Shown piece after piece: positions 11,001 to 20,780 of a stretch of 64,000 nt of DNA (within the stretch, counting starts at the first letter, position 1; each line of letters begins with the position of its first letter). The stretch spans positions 9,907-73,906 of the IMG/VR virus record IMGVR_UViG_3300009103_000017; one strand, given 5' to 3'. The translations under genes and the position numbers were made by a program. This stretch comes from a virus. The notes below the pieces were generated by a model that saw only the letters and a list, made by a program, of their open reading frames with translations, was not told the origin of the DNA and ran no database searches.

Positions 11001-11426
11001 GTGAAGAACTTAGAAGAAAACATAATTAAGTATGCACCAGAGGGAGACTTCACAGAAGAGGAGAAACTAGAATATCAAGTATCGTTGACAGGTGTCTTCC
11101 CCATTAATGCAGTGGTCACAGACGCCGTAAGACAAAAGCTGGACGAACTATATATTCCACCAATTTCAGAATTCGACATTGATCTGGGTGTTACGTGGTT
11201 TATTCCTAGAGAATGTACCCTGAAAAAGACAAAAAATGGCAAAAACTTTTATGTTATCAAGGTGATAGATGACAATAGTGAGATGAATACGATAAGGTGT
11301 TGGGGAGTTAACCCAGAGAAGGACATAGTTCATATTAATCGGCCCTATATGGCTAAATTGAAATATGATCAACAGTGGGGCTTTTCAACATTTAACGTGA
11401 GAAGAATGTTTAAACTTTTAGCTTAA
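8001..11426 (+). CDS. dnaE: DNA polymerase III alpha subunit (family C)
   Basis: PHP motifs LHAHS and ALTDHG, GRGSAAGSLV, PDIDYD, KFDILGL, YGFNKSHA. Confidence 0.97.
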   Translation: MERTENRIPFVGLHAHSVAGSPFDALGYPQEHMDFAYENGMSALALTDHGNANGLAYQVLHAKKMASEGKNFKPIFGVEAYFIPSVTNWKKDYEEVKSKAKRKSEYEVGSSGTTVENEASKKKIKSTLNRRRHLILLAQNQEGLQNIFKMISTSYVGDNFYRYPRVDYSLLKKYSEGVIAASACLGGVYAGDYWENRDEGSDAVKEAMRKTTQKMQSIFGDRWYGELQWNSIPEQHELNNYIIDMHYEFGVDLISTADSHYYSPEVWKDRELYKRLGWLGRGRPEYLSEELPVSVDEVGYELYPKNGEQMWESYKRYSDKSGIEYDDDLIFSSIIRTHEIAFKRIEDFIPDNTVRLPDFVVPEGSTPGQALAALCVEGARSLKLANNPAYSERLTKELDVIESRGFSKYFLTMKAISDRAIETQLVGPGRGSAAGSLVSYVLGITQVDPLKYGLQFERFLTKGGSGYPDIDYDVSDPMELKEKLIEEWGDTTVVPITNWNTLQLRSLIKDISKFYGVEFMEVNNVTSKMVYEAMPLAKKANGITAGVYSPTFEELMKYSSTLQSFLEKYPKIKTHVETIYGQVRSASRHAGGVVVGENLDNWMPIINSGGVRQTPWSEGQNVRHLEPMGFIKFDILGLASLRMMEGAITRILKRHHKVENPTFAEIKEFYDNNLHPEVLNLSDEKVWKEVFHKGKWAGIFQFTETGAQAFCKNAKPNNITDLAAITSIYRPGPLSAGVDKMYCAAKSNPADVQYMNDSFREVTEETYGFLIFQEQIAMLAHKFGKDLTLDEGNKLRKLLTKKGTGSVQIQKDRIWEKFQKGCTDKDIPKWQAKEIWDKFEYFSGYGFNKSHAVSYCILSFQCAWLLHYYTSEWLAAFLDKEPEKRKERAISTAKSYGYKIEPLNVNTSGAVWEIGEEKTLIQPLASIKGLGDAAIAQIINHRPFDNIEDFLFHDEVSYSKLNKKALDALVRARALNCLMDERFTGMKHFWSAVAVDRPRKVKNLEENIIKYAPEGDFTEEEKLEYQVSLTGVFPINAVVTDAVRQKLDELYIPPISEFDIDLGVTWFIPRECTLKKTKNGKNFYVIKVIDDNSEMNTIRCWGVNPEKDIVHINRPYMAKLKYDQQWGFSTFNVRRMFKLLA

Positions 11427-11440
11427 AAGAAGGAGTAGAA

Positions 11441-11893
11441 ATGAGATTGAGAGTTTTTAGAGTCAGAGAAACAGCAAAGCTGCCGAAAAGAGCACATACG
11501 ACCGATGCTGGCATGGATTTGTTTTATTGCCCTTCTGGCGATAAGGGGGATGTTGAATTTTTTCCGGGAGATTCCAATGTTTTGGAGACGGGCTTAAAGA
11601 TTGAGGTCCCGACCGGGCACATGCTGCAAATAATGAATAAATCAGGAATAGCGTCAAAAAAGCAGCTTGTTACAGGGGCATGCGTGGTGGACAGTGGTTA
11701 TGATGGGGAGGTATATGTGAATTTGCAGAATATCGGCCTCTCTATAGAATATTTAACCCCAGGCCAGAAGATCGCTCAAGCGGTTTTGGTGCCAATCATT
11801 ATCCCGGAAGTTGTTGAGATAAGAGAAGATAACGTATATGGTGGGAGAACCGATCGCGGCGACGGCGGATTTGGCTCTACGGGCGCCTCGTGA
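11441..11893 (+). CDS. dut: dUTPase (trimeric)
   Basis: DAGMDL, KSGIA, VVDSGYDGE, RGDGGFGSTG. Confidence 0.96.
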   Translation: MRLRVFRVRETAKLPKRAHTTDAGMDLFYCPSGDKGDVEFFPGDSNVLETGLKIEVPTGHMLQIMNKSGIASKKQLVTGACVVDSGYDGEVYVNLQNIGLSIEYLTPGQKIAQAVLVPIIIPEVVEIREDNVYGGRTDRGDGGFGSTGAS

Positions 11894-12102
11894 GTTCGTT
11901 TACAAGAAAAATAAAAAGAAAACAAGACTTGCAATTTAGAAAGGAATTCTCTAAATCTATGAAAAAGTTTAAAAAAATGGTTCGGTGTACGAAGTGCCTG
12001 AGAGAACCACGCACGGGGGAGAAGATAGATGAGTGGCATCTGGATAGATACAGTGAAAAAATTGACTTGATATGTGTTGAGTGCCATGAGGAGATTTCAT
12101 GA
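11890..12102 (+). CDS. Small zinc-finger-like protein
   Basis: CxxC...CxxC; overlaps both neighbours. Confidence 0.55.
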   Translation: MSSFTRKIKRKQDLQFRKEFSKSMKKFKKMVRCTKCLREPRTGEKIDEWHLDRYSEKIDLICVECHEEIS

Positions 12103-13097
12103 GAAAAACATACGCTTTTGATGATGTTCTGTTAGTACCACAGAAAAGCGATATAGAAAGCAGAAAGGAAGTTGATTTATCTACATCTATTGGGCATATC
12201 AAGTTATCTATACCGATATTATCAAGTCCAATGGACACTGTGAGCGAGAGAGGCATGCTTAACTCTATAGCCCAGCTGGGTGGTATGGGTATAGCTCATC
12301 GCTATAACGAAATATGCAAACAAATACAAATGACTGAAGGAATTCAGCCAGCGGCCGCAGCCGTGGGTATATCCGGTGATTATCAAGAAAGAGTATCGGC
12401 TTTATATGCGTCGGGAATTCACACTATCTGCCTAGACGTTGCACATGGTCACCATGTTTTAATGGAGCGTGCCCTTAAAACTCTTAGGGACAAATATTGC
12501 GATGAATTAACAATAATCGCGGGCAACGTCGCAACCCCAGAAGGTTTTTCTGATTTGGCGTATTGGGGAGCAGACGCTATTCGAGTTGGTATCGGCGGCG
12601 GCTCAATTTGTAGTACTAGAATACAGACTGGTCATGGTGTTCCAACTCTTCAGTCGGTGGTTGACTGTAGACCTGCATCTGATGCTGTTTTAATAGCGGA
12701 TGGAGGCATCAAGTCCGCTGGTGATATAGTTAAATGTTTGGCCCTCGGAGCTGATGCAGTTATGTTGGGGTCTTTGTTGGCAGGCACCAAGGAATCTCCC
12801 GGTCTAGTCCACGTCTCACAAGAGGGGTCAAAATATAAGGTTTATAGAGGTATGGCCTCACGCGAGGCCCAAAAGGATTGGAGAGGGCAGGCTTCCTCAC
12901 TGGAAGGGGTGTCGACTACGATACCCTACAAGGGCTCAGTGACGCATATTGTACAAGATCTGATTCAAAACGTCCGATCTGGCTTTTCATATTCTGGCGC
13001 TCGAAATCTGAGAGAATTGCAGTTAAAAGTTAAATTTATTACGCAGAGTGCTGCTTCGCAGGTAGAGAGTAACACTCATATAATGGCGCTAAGGTAA
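12099..13097 (+). CDS. guaB: IMP dehydrogenase / GMP reductase family, no CBS domains
   Basis: [38 protein letters not shown]. Confidence 0.9.
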   Translation: MRKTYAFDDVLLVPQKSDIESRKEVDLSTSIGHIKLSIPILSSPMDTVSERGMLNSIAQLGGMGIAHRYNEICKQIQMTEGIQPAAAAVGISGDYQERVSALYASGIHTICLDVAHGHHVLMERALKTLRDKYCDELTIIAGNVATPEGFSDLAYWGADAIRVGIGGGSICSTRIQTGHGVPTLQSVVDCRPASDAVLIADGGIKSAGDIVKCLALGADAVMLGSLLAGTKESPGLVHVSQEGSKYKVYRGMASREAQKDWRGQASSLEGVSTTIPYKGSVTHIVQDLIQNVRSGFSYSGARNLRELQLKVKFITQSAASQVESNTHIMALR

Positions 13098-13411
13098 TGA
13101 AAAAAAAGAAGGTTGTTTTTTACGAGGATGAAAACAAGTTTGCAAATTTTAAAATACGCCTATCGTATGACAAAATTAAGCAGGGTGAGTTTTTCTGTTT
13201 CTTGTTGGATTGCTATATAAATAACGAGGCACCCATGTTGAAAATGATAGAGGAATATAAAATTAAAAATCACCGCATGGGCAAGACAAAAATTGCTAGC
13301 GCCGCCAAGGATTTCCTTGCATCTGAGGAACTTTTGAGAAAAATAGGTGTCACGAAATCAGATAAGGATAAAATTTTCGACATGATAGAAGAAGAAATAG
13401 GGGAGCTATGA
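13097..13411 (+). CDS. Hypothetical protein
   Basis: 104 aa ORF, translationally coupled. Confidence 0.65.
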   Translation: MKKKKVVFYEDENKFANFKIRLSYDKIKQGEFFCFLLDCYINNEAPMLKMIEEYKIKNHRMGKTKIASAAKDFLASEELLRKIGVTKSDKDKIFDMIEEEIGEL

Positions 13412-13653
13412 GTTTAGAGAAATTGCCAAACTGCTCACGAGAATGCTTTAGTAGCGAGAAAGAGTGTGACTCCAAAGAGTGTAGATACTGGATAGATTTT
13501 AGCCCAGAGCAGAATTGCTCTTTGATAAGTGTTTATATTAATGGTTCGATGACCCTTAAACAAGTAGCTGAACGAATTGGCCTTAGTCTGGTTCGAATAT
13601 CACAGATAGAAAAGAAAGCTATTCAAAAGCTTACTAAAAAGATAAAAATCTAG
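13408..13653 (+). CDS. Sigma70 region 4-like HTH protein with Cys-rich N-terminus
   Basis: MTLKQVAERIGLSLVRISQIEKKAIQKL. Confidence 0.8.
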   Translation: MSLEKLPNCSRECFSSEKECDSKECRYWIDFSPEQNCSLISVYINGSMTLKQVAERIGLSLVRISQIEKKAIQKLTKKIKI

Positions 13654-13720
13654 TGTTTTTGATAATATAAATACTATTTATAAATGTACTGCAACAAATT
13701 CGTTTTTAAGGAGAAAACTA

Positions 13721-14332
13721 ATGAGTAAAAAACAGCTACTTTCTGAGAATACAGTGAGGCGCTTCATGAAGTTGGCCTCCATCGGCACTTTAACTGATCA
13801 GTTTATTACTGAAAGCGATGATATCGTGGATACGGATACGGATGATGAAGCCGCGACAGGTCCAAATTTCACTTCAGACGCCGACACCGCTGACGGCAGC
13901 TTGGAAGAGGTAGAGATTGATCAGGATTTAGAAGATCTTTTTGAAGCTTTAGAGGAAGAATTACCCGACGAAGAGCCTGCTGGAGCCCCCGATTTGGGAG
14001 CAGTGGACGCAGAAGCAGAAATTGGTGCAGACGCTGACATGGATGCTACCGCCGAGCCCGCAATGGAGGAGGCCGACATGTCCCTGTCGCAGGAGGAAGC
14101 CGAGGTTCTCATAGAGCTTGGTCGCCGCCTAGAAGCCGCTATGGGAGAAGGTGACCCCGAAGCAGAAGAGCCAGTAGAAGAGCCAGTAGAAGAGCCAGCA
14201 GAGGCTCCCATTGGCGACGAGGCAGCACCCGAAGGTCCTGAAGAGGATGAAGCCCCCTTGCAAGAGAAGCTGGTAAACGAAGTGCTCCGTCGCGTCACCA
14301 AAAGAATCATAAGAGAAAAACTAAATAAATAA
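13721..14332 (+). CDS. Highly acidic low-complexity protein, possibly scaffold or virion-internal
   Basis: D/E-rich; short EEPV repeats; LLSENTVRRFMKLA N-terminus. Confidence 0.6.
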   Translation: MSKKQLLSENTVRRFMKLASIGTLTDQFITESDDIVDTDTDDEAATGPNFTSDADTADGSLEEVEIDQDLEDLFEALEEELPDEEPAGAPDLGAVDAEAEIGADADMDATAEPAMEEADMSLSQEEAEVLIELGRRLEAAMGEGDPEAEEPVEEPVEEPAEAPIGDEAAPEGPEEDEAPLQEKLVNEVLRRVTKRIIREKLNK

Positions 14333-14349
14333 AAAAGAAATAGGATTCT

Positions 14350-14378
14350 AAAAAACCCCTCGATCGAGGGGTTTTTTT
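14350..14378 (+). terminator. Rho-independent terminator, potentially bidirectional
   Basis: AAAAAACCCCTC-GATC-GAGGGGTTTTTTT. Confidence 0.85.
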
Positions 14379-14379
14379 A

Positions 14380-14408
14380 TTGACGCAGGCTTTCTAATAT
14401 AGTATTAT
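14380..14408 (+). promoter_or_regulatory. sigma70-like promoter
   Basis: TTGACG-17 nt-TATTAT just before ATG 14415. Confidence 0.6.
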
Positions 14409-14414
14409 AATAAC

Positions 14415-14804
14415 ATGGAAAACGCAATGTTGGTATGTCTTTTCTGGACGATTATTGGTGCTTTACTGCACAAGCTATTAAATCATTTTTTGATGAAAAG
14501 GGAGTCGCGACACGTCTATGATCGTATCTCATTATATAGCTTGAATATTCTATATAGGATCAAGAAGAGTCTGGATATTTTTGCTCAAATAAGAACAAAA
14601 CACCTTGCCGACACGCCCCTAACAGAAGCAGAAAAAGAAGCAAGCATTAAATACTATCAAGTTGTATCGACCATGGAGATGGAAATGATGTCTTCAGTAA
14701 TATATAATTCTTTTCCCGAAAGTTATAAAAAATTTTCCTTGTACACTAATTGGAGTGAGGCAAAGGAGATTATTAACAAGATGGAAAAGAATAAAATATT
14801 ATGA
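14415..14804 (+). CDS. Hypothetical protein with N-terminal TM segment
   Basis: ORF with hydrophobic N-terminus. Confidence 0.6.
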   Translation: MENAMLVCLFWTIIGALLHKLLNHFLMKRESRHVYDRISLYSLNILYRIKKSLDIFAQIRTKHLADTPLTEAEKEASIKYYQVVSTMEMEMMSSVIYNSFPESYKKFSLYTNWSEAKEIINKMEKNKIL

Positions 14805-15067
14805 CCATTGAAGCATCTTATTGGAAACAAAATTTTGAAGACAACTTTAGATATACAGTGCAGATCGAAGTACCCGCGACATTCATCAACATCGACGAAT
14901 TACATGAAATGTTTTGTTCGTGGAGTCAAAGTGGCACGGGCTTCAACCCCCACGTAGGATCAAAGATATATATTTTTTTTAAAGAGTACGATTCAGAAGA
15001 AACGTGGGCGACGTTCCGAAAAGATAAAAAGCTGGATGAACTATTGCAATTAAAAGAGGTCGAATGA
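14801..15067 (+). CDS. Hypothetical protein
   Basis: Coupled ORF. Confidence 0.6.
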   Translation: MTIEASYWKQNFEDNFRYTVQIEVPATFINIDELHEMFCSWSQSGTGFNPHVGSKIYIFFKEYDSEETWATFRKDKKLDELLQLKEVE

Positions 15068-15696
15068 CGGAAAAGATAGATGAAAAGCAAGTTGTTATTA
15101 TTAACAATATTCCCAACCGTGACGAACAGAGCGACTTTAGGTCAATTAGTCTATATGGGGACATAACGGAAGAGAAGTCAGCAGACATAGTGACAGGTTT
15201 GCTGTACTTGGAAAACACTTCTCAAATTATGATACCAGAAGATACTGGCGATCCTGAATCTGATATTGTGGCTGTCAACAGAGATATCAAATTTATTATT
15301 TCAACGCATGGGGGCGCCGCGACTGACATGTTTGCAATAGTGGATATTATGAGGATGATACAGAAGAACACTTGCGATATTGAGACCGTTGCGGTGGGCA
15401 AGGTGATGTCAGCGGGCGTGCCGATTCTTGCCGCGGGAACTCCAGGCAAAAGAAAGATTGGTCGCTCCTGCCGTGTTATGCTCCATAATGTAAAAGCCGG
15501 CTATTCTGGCACAATACTAAACATGGAAAACGAATTGGAAGAAATTCGCTGGATTGAGGAAAGATATATAGAGTGTTTGTCTAAAAGTACGAAATTAACA
15601 AAGGCAAAAATTCGAAAAATGTTAAAGACACAGAACGACGTTTACCTCTCGGCCGAGGATGCAATTAAATATGGTATTGCTGATATTATAATCTAA
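15064..15696 (+). CDS. clpP: ClpP-family serine protease
   Basis: ISTHGG, GKVMSAG (catalytic Ser), VMLH, YLSAEDAIKYGIAD. Confidence 0.9.
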   Translation: MTEKIDEKQVVIINNIPNRDEQSDFRSISLYGDITEEKSADIVTGLLYLENTSQIMIPEDTGDPESDIVAVNRDIKFIISTHGGAATDMFAIVDIMRMIQKNTCDIETVAVGKVMSAGVPILAAGTPGKRKIGRSCRVMLHNVKAGYSGTILNMENELEEIRWIEERYIECLSKSTKLTKAKIRKMLKTQNDVYLSAEDAIKYGIADIII

Positions 15697-15711
15697 TTAT
15701 ACTAAGGAGTT

Positions 15712-17550
15712 ATGTTCATGGATTGGTTAAAATATTATACAAGAAATAATATAGAGAGCATAGAATCGATCGATTCTCTTTATAAGATTATCGAGGAGGT
15801 ACTTGAACTGGACCGCCCCCTCCTCAACTCACCACACCAAAGAGAGCCTTCACTAAAAGAAGAGTTTATGAAGGGTGAGAGAAAACTTGTTTTGACGCTG
15901 GAAGCAATTCCGGAGATTGCAGTTTCAGAACTTGGCTGGACCGATGTGTCTGGCAAAGGTGAGGCAGAGATTCAGGGACCTGAGAGAAAAAGGTTGAGTC
16001 AGTTTTTAGAAAATATCGAAGGTAATGATTTTGTGGCAAAGGTCAATTCATTGGGAAAATTTTATGAGGATCCTGACACTGCCATGGCTTCTATGTTTCC
16101 CGCCGGCGAAGCTCAAAATACTGCGGAACAGATAAGGGTTGCGCTGTCTTACATGGTCTTCTTCAAAACTTTAACAAAGGTTATATCAAATTTTAATGCC
16201 GCTTCAGCCGGCTTTAACTTTGAAGCTTTTCTGGCCGTTTTAGCAGGCGGCTTTCAGGTCCCTGCGAATAAAGGTACCATTGCTGATTTTGTAAGTAGAT
16301 CAGAAGGTCACGATATGCCAATTAGCCTCAAATTGTATGGCGAGGGGCACCTGCATGTCGGTGGCAGCTTTACGGACCTTGTAAATGATTTGGTATCTCC
16401 TCAATATGATGTCCCCATCATGCGTTATCTTGCGTGTACGAAAAAATTCGAAGATGATAAAAAAGCGGGCTTAGATATTAATGGCACAATCAAATTTATG
16501 AGATTTGATTTTACATTAGCGAATGTAATGAATATCTTATCGATCTCCTCAAAGAGATCGAGAGATAATATTTTGCTCGCTAAACCCTTCATTGAGCGTT
16601 ATGAGGCAGGGGAACAAGATTTAGACTACAGGGCAAGTTTACCGGGCATAAACCTCCCTTCGGTTGAAGAGCTAGAGTCTGAGTATATAGAGTTTTTAAA
16701 GGCGCGCCTTTCTAATTACCGGTACCTAGAAGAAGAAGAAATAGAGAATCTCATAAACCTTGTCCAGTGGGGCCACAATGACAGTCTTTTCTTACCTGTT
16801 CAGGTTGTGGAATATGACGAACAGGGAGAAAAATTAGTTTTCTCACAGGTTTCCAGAGGGGTTTCGCCGATACCCTCCTCTGCTTCATCAAAGGGGGACT
16901 CTAAAAAAATATTCCAAGGAATTTTAGCTATGGTGGCCAACAGCATGCCAGAAAAACTTACGCCAGATGCAGCTGCTTCGCAATCGACTGTTAGCGCTTT
17001 CAGTAAAGACGTAAAAAAGATAGCAAACGAGATAGCAAAAGCAAACAGTGATATTTTGAGTAAATATAATGTCTCAGAATTAAACAAACAGCGCGCTTCG
17101 ATGCTTGAAGGCGCCTTCGATGGAGTTACTCATGAGCGCTCACTGGAGATATACAACGAACTGGTCAATGACCCCGAGAAACAAAAAATAGCCTTGCAAA
17201 ATTCTTTTGGATATCTGAATAGGAAGCAATTTAATCTAGTTCAGACTGCAGTCGAGGGCCTCAGGGGGCTGGTGGATCCCAAGACTCCAGTCGTTCCAGA
17301 GGGGCAAGAGGAGGTGGTCTTCGGCCGCATAGAGGTCGGTGCACGCAATACACAAAATATGCTAAACAGGATGACGTCTGTATTAAATGAAGCTATTTTT
17401 GATATCTTCTTGAGTGTCAAGGCGATACAGGACAACACATATGCCTATGTCGCCGGCGGCATGAGGGAGGACGATAAAGCCGAAAATGCAATTAATGCGT
17501 CCACAGAAGTGATTTCCAAGACAACAGAACTTAGAACAACAAATAAATAA
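15712..17550 (+). CDS. Large hypothetical protein, possible PD-(D/E)xK-like central domain
   Basis: 612 aa ORF with RBS; AGFNFEAF...IADF...ISLK. Confidence 0.55.
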   Translation: MFMDWLKYYTRNNIESIESIDSLYKIIEEVLELDRPLLNSPHQREPSLKEEFMKGERKLVLTLEAIPEIAVSELGWTDVSGKGEAEIQGPERKRLSQFLENIEGNDFVAKVNSLGKFYEDPDTAMASMFPAGEAQNTAEQIRVALSYMVFFKTLTKVISNFNAASAGFNFEAFLAVLAGGFQVPANKGTIADFVSRSEGHDMPISLKLYGEGHLHVGGSFTDLVNDLVSPQYDVPIMRYLACTKKFEDDKKAGLDINGTIKFMRFDFTLANVMNILSISSKRSRDNILLAKPFIERYEAGEQDLDYRASLPGINLPSVEELESEYIEFLKARLSNYRYLEEEEIENLINLVQWGHNDSLFLPVQVVEYDEQGEKLVFSQVSRGVSPIPSSASSKGDSKKIFQGILAMVANSMPEKLTPDAAASQSTVSAFSKDVKKIANEIAKANSDILSKYNVSELNKQRASMLEGAFDGVTHERSLEIYNELVNDPEKQKIALQNSFGYLNRKQFNLVQTAVEGLRGLVDPKTPVVPEGQEEVVFGRIEVGARNTQNMLNRMTSVLNEAIFDIFLSVKAIQDNTYAYVAGGMREDDKAENAINASTEVISKTTELRTTNK

Positions 17551-17560
17551 AAAAAACTAT

Positions 17561-17588
17561 TTGACATATCTCAAAAATACGTTATAAT
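17561..17588 (+). promoter_or_regulatory. sigma70-like promoter
   Basis: TTGACA-16 nt-TATAAT upstream of groEL. Confidence 0.65.
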
Positions 17589-17621
17589 AATATCATATCA
17601 TTTTAAAAGGAGTTAGTTGAA

Positions 17622-19193
17622 ATGACGAAAGTTGTTTTAGATAGTGGTTACCACCTTCGAGATAAGATTCTTGAGGGGGTTAATACTTTAGCAGATTGTG
17701 TGGGATCAACTCTTGGCCCTAAGGGTCAAAATGTTCTTGTACACAAAAAGGGCCAAAGACCCTTCATCACAAAGGACGGAGTAACCGTCGCAAAGAGTGT
17801 CCAGTTTGAAGATCCTTTCGTCAATGCCGGCGCCGAAGTAGTAAAGCAGGTATCGGCAAAAACGAATCTAGAAGCTGGCGACGGCACAACTACTTCAACT
17901 GTGTTAGCGAGAGAAATAATGAATCAGGCACACAAATTTATTGGCTCCGGAGCCTCACCAATTGAGCTTAAGAGGGGCCTAGATCAGTGTCTGGAGGCCG
18001 CAACAACAGTCATCCAAGCCTTGGCAAAGCCCATCTCTTCTGCGTCCGATATAGAGCACATAGCGTCAATTTCTGCTAACAATGATGCTGATATAGGAAA
18101 GCTGGTAGCCACAGCCGTGGACAAGGTTGGCAAAAATGGGTCAATTACGGTAGAAGAAGCCAGATCTCTGGAGACTAGCCTCAATCTTGTGGAAGGGTTC
18201 CGCTTTGATTCTGGCTATTGTGCCACCGCATTTGTTACCGATGAAAGGAAGGGGTCAGTCAGATATGATAACCCTCTATTTTTTATAACGGATTCGAAAA
18301 TCGAGTTAGTCCAAGATATTTTGCCTGCATTAGAGATCGCGGCCCGAGAGAATAGACCTTTTGTAATTGTGGCGGATGACATCGAAGGCCAAGCTCTCGC
18401 CGCTCTGATAATGAATACAATTCGGGGCTCGATGAAAGTTGCAGCAATTAAGGCACCTCGCTATGGCGAGGAACGCAGAAATATTATGTCCGACTTGTCT
18501 TTGGTCACTGGTGCAAAGTACTTCAAGCGGGAGTCTGGAGATAAAATCACGGAAGCATCTTTAAAGGATTTCGGTACCGCGAAGACCGTTGAGATCAACA
18601 AAGGGAACACTGTCGTGGTTGATGGCGGCGGCACCGCATCTCTTATATCTGAAAGAATAGACACTCTAGTAGAAGAGATTCGCGAAACCGAAAACACAAA
18701 TCAAGCTCGACGTTTACAGGAAAGGGTAACAAGGCTTTCTAGCGGTATCGCGATTATTAGAGTTGGTGCCTCCACTGAGATTGAGATGATCGAAAAAAAA
18801 CACAGAATTGAAGATGCTTTAGAAGCTGTGCGCTCTGCTCAACAAGAAGGGGTGGTTCCTGGCGGTGGCCTCGCTCTCTTTCAAGCTTCACAGGAGCTGT
18901 CAGTGGACTTTGAAAACGACGAGCGCGCTCCTGCGCTTAAGATTTTCAAGAGCGCGCTTGAAGCACCCCTCAGGACCATGGCTACCAACGCTGGCTTATC
19001 TGCGGATGTTGTTGTGGAAAAGCTCAAAACTCAAAAATCCTTTCATGGCATTGACTTTACTACGGGCAAATCGGTAAACATGGTGGAGAAAGGAATTATT
19101 GATCCTGTTAAAGTTACCCGATGCGCACTAAAGAATGCAGTTTCGGTTGCTGGTACTCTTTTACTGACAAAGCACAGTATTATAGAAGTTTGA
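17622..19193 (+). CDS. groEL: Chaperonin GroEL
   Basis: TLGPKG, ITKDGVTVAK, AGDGTTT, GVVPGGG, GIIDPVKV; lacks a GGM tail. Confidence 0.97.
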   Translation: MTKVVLDSGYHLRDKILEGVNTLADCVGSTLGPKGQNVLVHKKGQRPFITKDGVTVAKSVQFEDPFVNAGAEVVKQVSAKTNLEAGDGTTTSTVLAREIMNQAHKFIGSGASPIELKRGLDQCLEAATTVIQALAKPISSASDIEHIASISANNDADIGKLVATAVDKVGKNGSITVEEARSLETSLNLVEGFRFDSGYCATAFVTDERKGSVRYDNPLFFITDSKIELVQDILPALEIAARENRPFVIVADDIEGQALAALIMNTIRGSMKVAAIKAPRYGEERRNIMSDLSLVTGAKYFKRESGDKITEASLKDFGTAKTVEINKGNTVVVDGGGTASLISERIDTLVEEIRETENTNQARRLQERVTRLSSGIAIIRVGASTEIEMIEKKHRIEDALEAVRSAQQEGVVPGGGLALFQASQELSVDFENDERAPALKIFKSALEAPLRTMATNAGLSADVVVEKLKTQKSFHGIDFTTGKSVNMVEKGIIDPVKVTRCALKNAVSVAGTLLLTKHSIIEV

Positions 19194-19227
19194 GCATAGA
19201 TAGCCTACTTAAAATAGGAGGTGACAT

Positions 19228-19494
19228 ATGTCCAACAACAATCAGCAGATAATGATAGAAATTCAAAAGAGTTTAGATAAATTATGCAATAGTATAGACA
19301 CACTGAAGGACAAGCAGGAAGAGGCCAATTCAGCGATTGTTAAGATTAAAGAAGCAATTTTCAATCCAGATCAGGGTCTTTATGCACGCCTTCGAGAATT
19401 AGAAAGCTGGAAATCAACAAGTTCCAAAATGATTTGGACGTTGTTCACAACCATGATAGGTCTCATTTCAGCTTTTGTACTTAAGAGTTTTTAA
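19228..19494 (+). CDS. Coiled-coil protein with C-terminal TM
   Basis: RBS GGAGG; hydrophobic C-terminus. Confidence 0.6.
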   Translation: MSNNNQQIMIEIQKSLDKLCNSIDTLKDKQEEANSAIVKIKEAIFNPDQGLYARLRELESWKSTSSKMIWTLFTTMIGLISAFVLKSF

Positions 19495-19502
19495 GGAAAA
19501 GA

Positions 19503-19790
19503 ATGTTAGTTAAATTTAAACAGTTGGTGATAGATAATCAAGGATACCAAAGGAAGATATTTTTTGAAGATATTTTTTTAAATCCAAATTCTATTGTCTC
19601 CATAATGAATTATGATGGGGCAACAGAGTTTTTGATTTCAGAATCCTCTGAATATGCGAAAGAAGAGTTTTCTCTAATAAGGGTTTCTTATGGACCCAAG
19701 GTGGAAGAAGTTATAGTTTCCGGCACCGCGACATCACTATCAGAAAAAATACAATCTAGCCAAAGAGCACGTCGAGTGCTACATGGGTAG
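19503..19790 (+). CDS. Hypothetical protein
   Basis: ORF in operon. Confidence 0.6.
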   Translation: MLVKFKQLVIDNQGYQRKIFFEDIFLNPNSIVSIMNYDGATEFLISESSEYAKEEFSLIRVSYGPKVEEVIVSGTATSLSEKIQSSQRARRVLHG

Positions 19791-20028
19791 AAGGTATATT
19801 ATTTATGGTCGTAGCAGTTGTGATTTTTGCCATATGGCGTGTGATTTTTTGAGTGCTTCTTCAGAAGAGTTTATTTTTTTAGATTTTGAAGAAGACCAAG
19901 AATTTATAGAAGAAATAAAAGAATTTTATTCTTTTAAAACAGTGCCGGTCATTCTGGAGAATAGCCTTTCTTCCGGATCCGTTCAATTAATTGGCGGGTA
20001 CACTGATTTATTAGATTTCTTAAAATAG
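19783..20028 (+). CDS. Glutaredoxin
   Basis: CDFC, TVPVI, IGGYTDL. Confidence 0.88.
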   Translation: MGRRYIIYGRSSCDFCHMACDFLSASSEEFIFLDFEEDQEFIEEIKEFYSFKTVPVILENSLSSGSVQLIGGYTDLLDFLK

Positions 20029-20041
20029 GGATCCCGATGCC

Positions 20042-20389
20042 ATGACTGAAGAATCCAATGATCACATGGAGGTTGATGTGTCAGTCCTCCGAGCTTTATC
20101 CCGTAGTGTGGCGCCGATACAACACAAGATAGCTTCAGTCATAGCTGATCATTATTCGTCCACCTACAGCTTGTCCGAGTCCCAGCTTATAACTTTTTTG
20201 GAAACACATCTATCTTGTTTGGTTCTTGTTCGCTCTGTGGAAGAACTGTCTCAACAGGCTAAGGATGCAAAAGTAAAAATAGTATTAATGAAACCAGAGG
20301 AGATTGTGCTCATGAGCACGATGGTTACAAGCATTGATAATGTGAAAAATTATGCTTACGAGAGTGGTATAAGCCTATTGGAGCACTGA
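20042..20389 (+). CDS. Hypothetical protein
   Basis: 115 aa ORF. Confidence 0.55.
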   Translation: MTEESNDHMEVDVSVLRALSRSVAPIQHKIASVIADHYSSTYSLSESQLITFLETHLSCLVLVRSVEELSQQAKDAKVKIVLMKPEEIVLMSTMVTSIDNVKNYAYESGISLLEH

Positions 20390-20390
20390 T

Positions 20391-20723
20391 ATGTATAGGG
20401 GCATTGCGCTCTTCTTGCTGGGTCAAATACTGGGGTGGTTTCAATTAAATTTACAATATATAAGTAAGTGGTGGAGCGACAAGCCTCTTCTTTCTGCAAT
20501 TTTAATGGGGATCCCCACTAGTATTGCTTTTTGGTATGCTTGGAAATATACCTCTGATGCCACCGGATCTGTTTGGTCGTCTAGATTTATAGGATCCAGT
20601 ACTGGTATGCTTGTTTTTCCTATTTTAACTTGGTATTTATTAGGGGAAAGCATGTTTACCGTCAAGACTCTAGTGTGTTTAACATTGGCCGTCGTTATAA
20701 TTTTAATACAACTCTATTGCTGA
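20391..20723 (+). CDS. Small 4-TM membrane protein (DMT/SMR-like)
   Basis: Four hydrophobic helices; LLGE loop before the last helix. Confidence 0.55.
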   Translation: MYRGIALFLLGQILGWFQLNLQYISKWWSDKPLLSAILMGIPTSIAFWYAWKYTSDATGSVWSSRFIGSSTGMLVFPILTWYLLGESMFTVKTLVCLTLAVVIILIQLYC

Positions 20724-20780
20724 TATTAGATCTTTCTGGCGTGGTATACTAATTATAATATAACCAATTGGAGCTTAATA

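Noticed and set aside
2002-11426. Inteins or introns in nrdJ or dnaE
   Set aside because: Lengths are normal, frames are continuous, and no splicing or homing-endonuclease motifs were seen.
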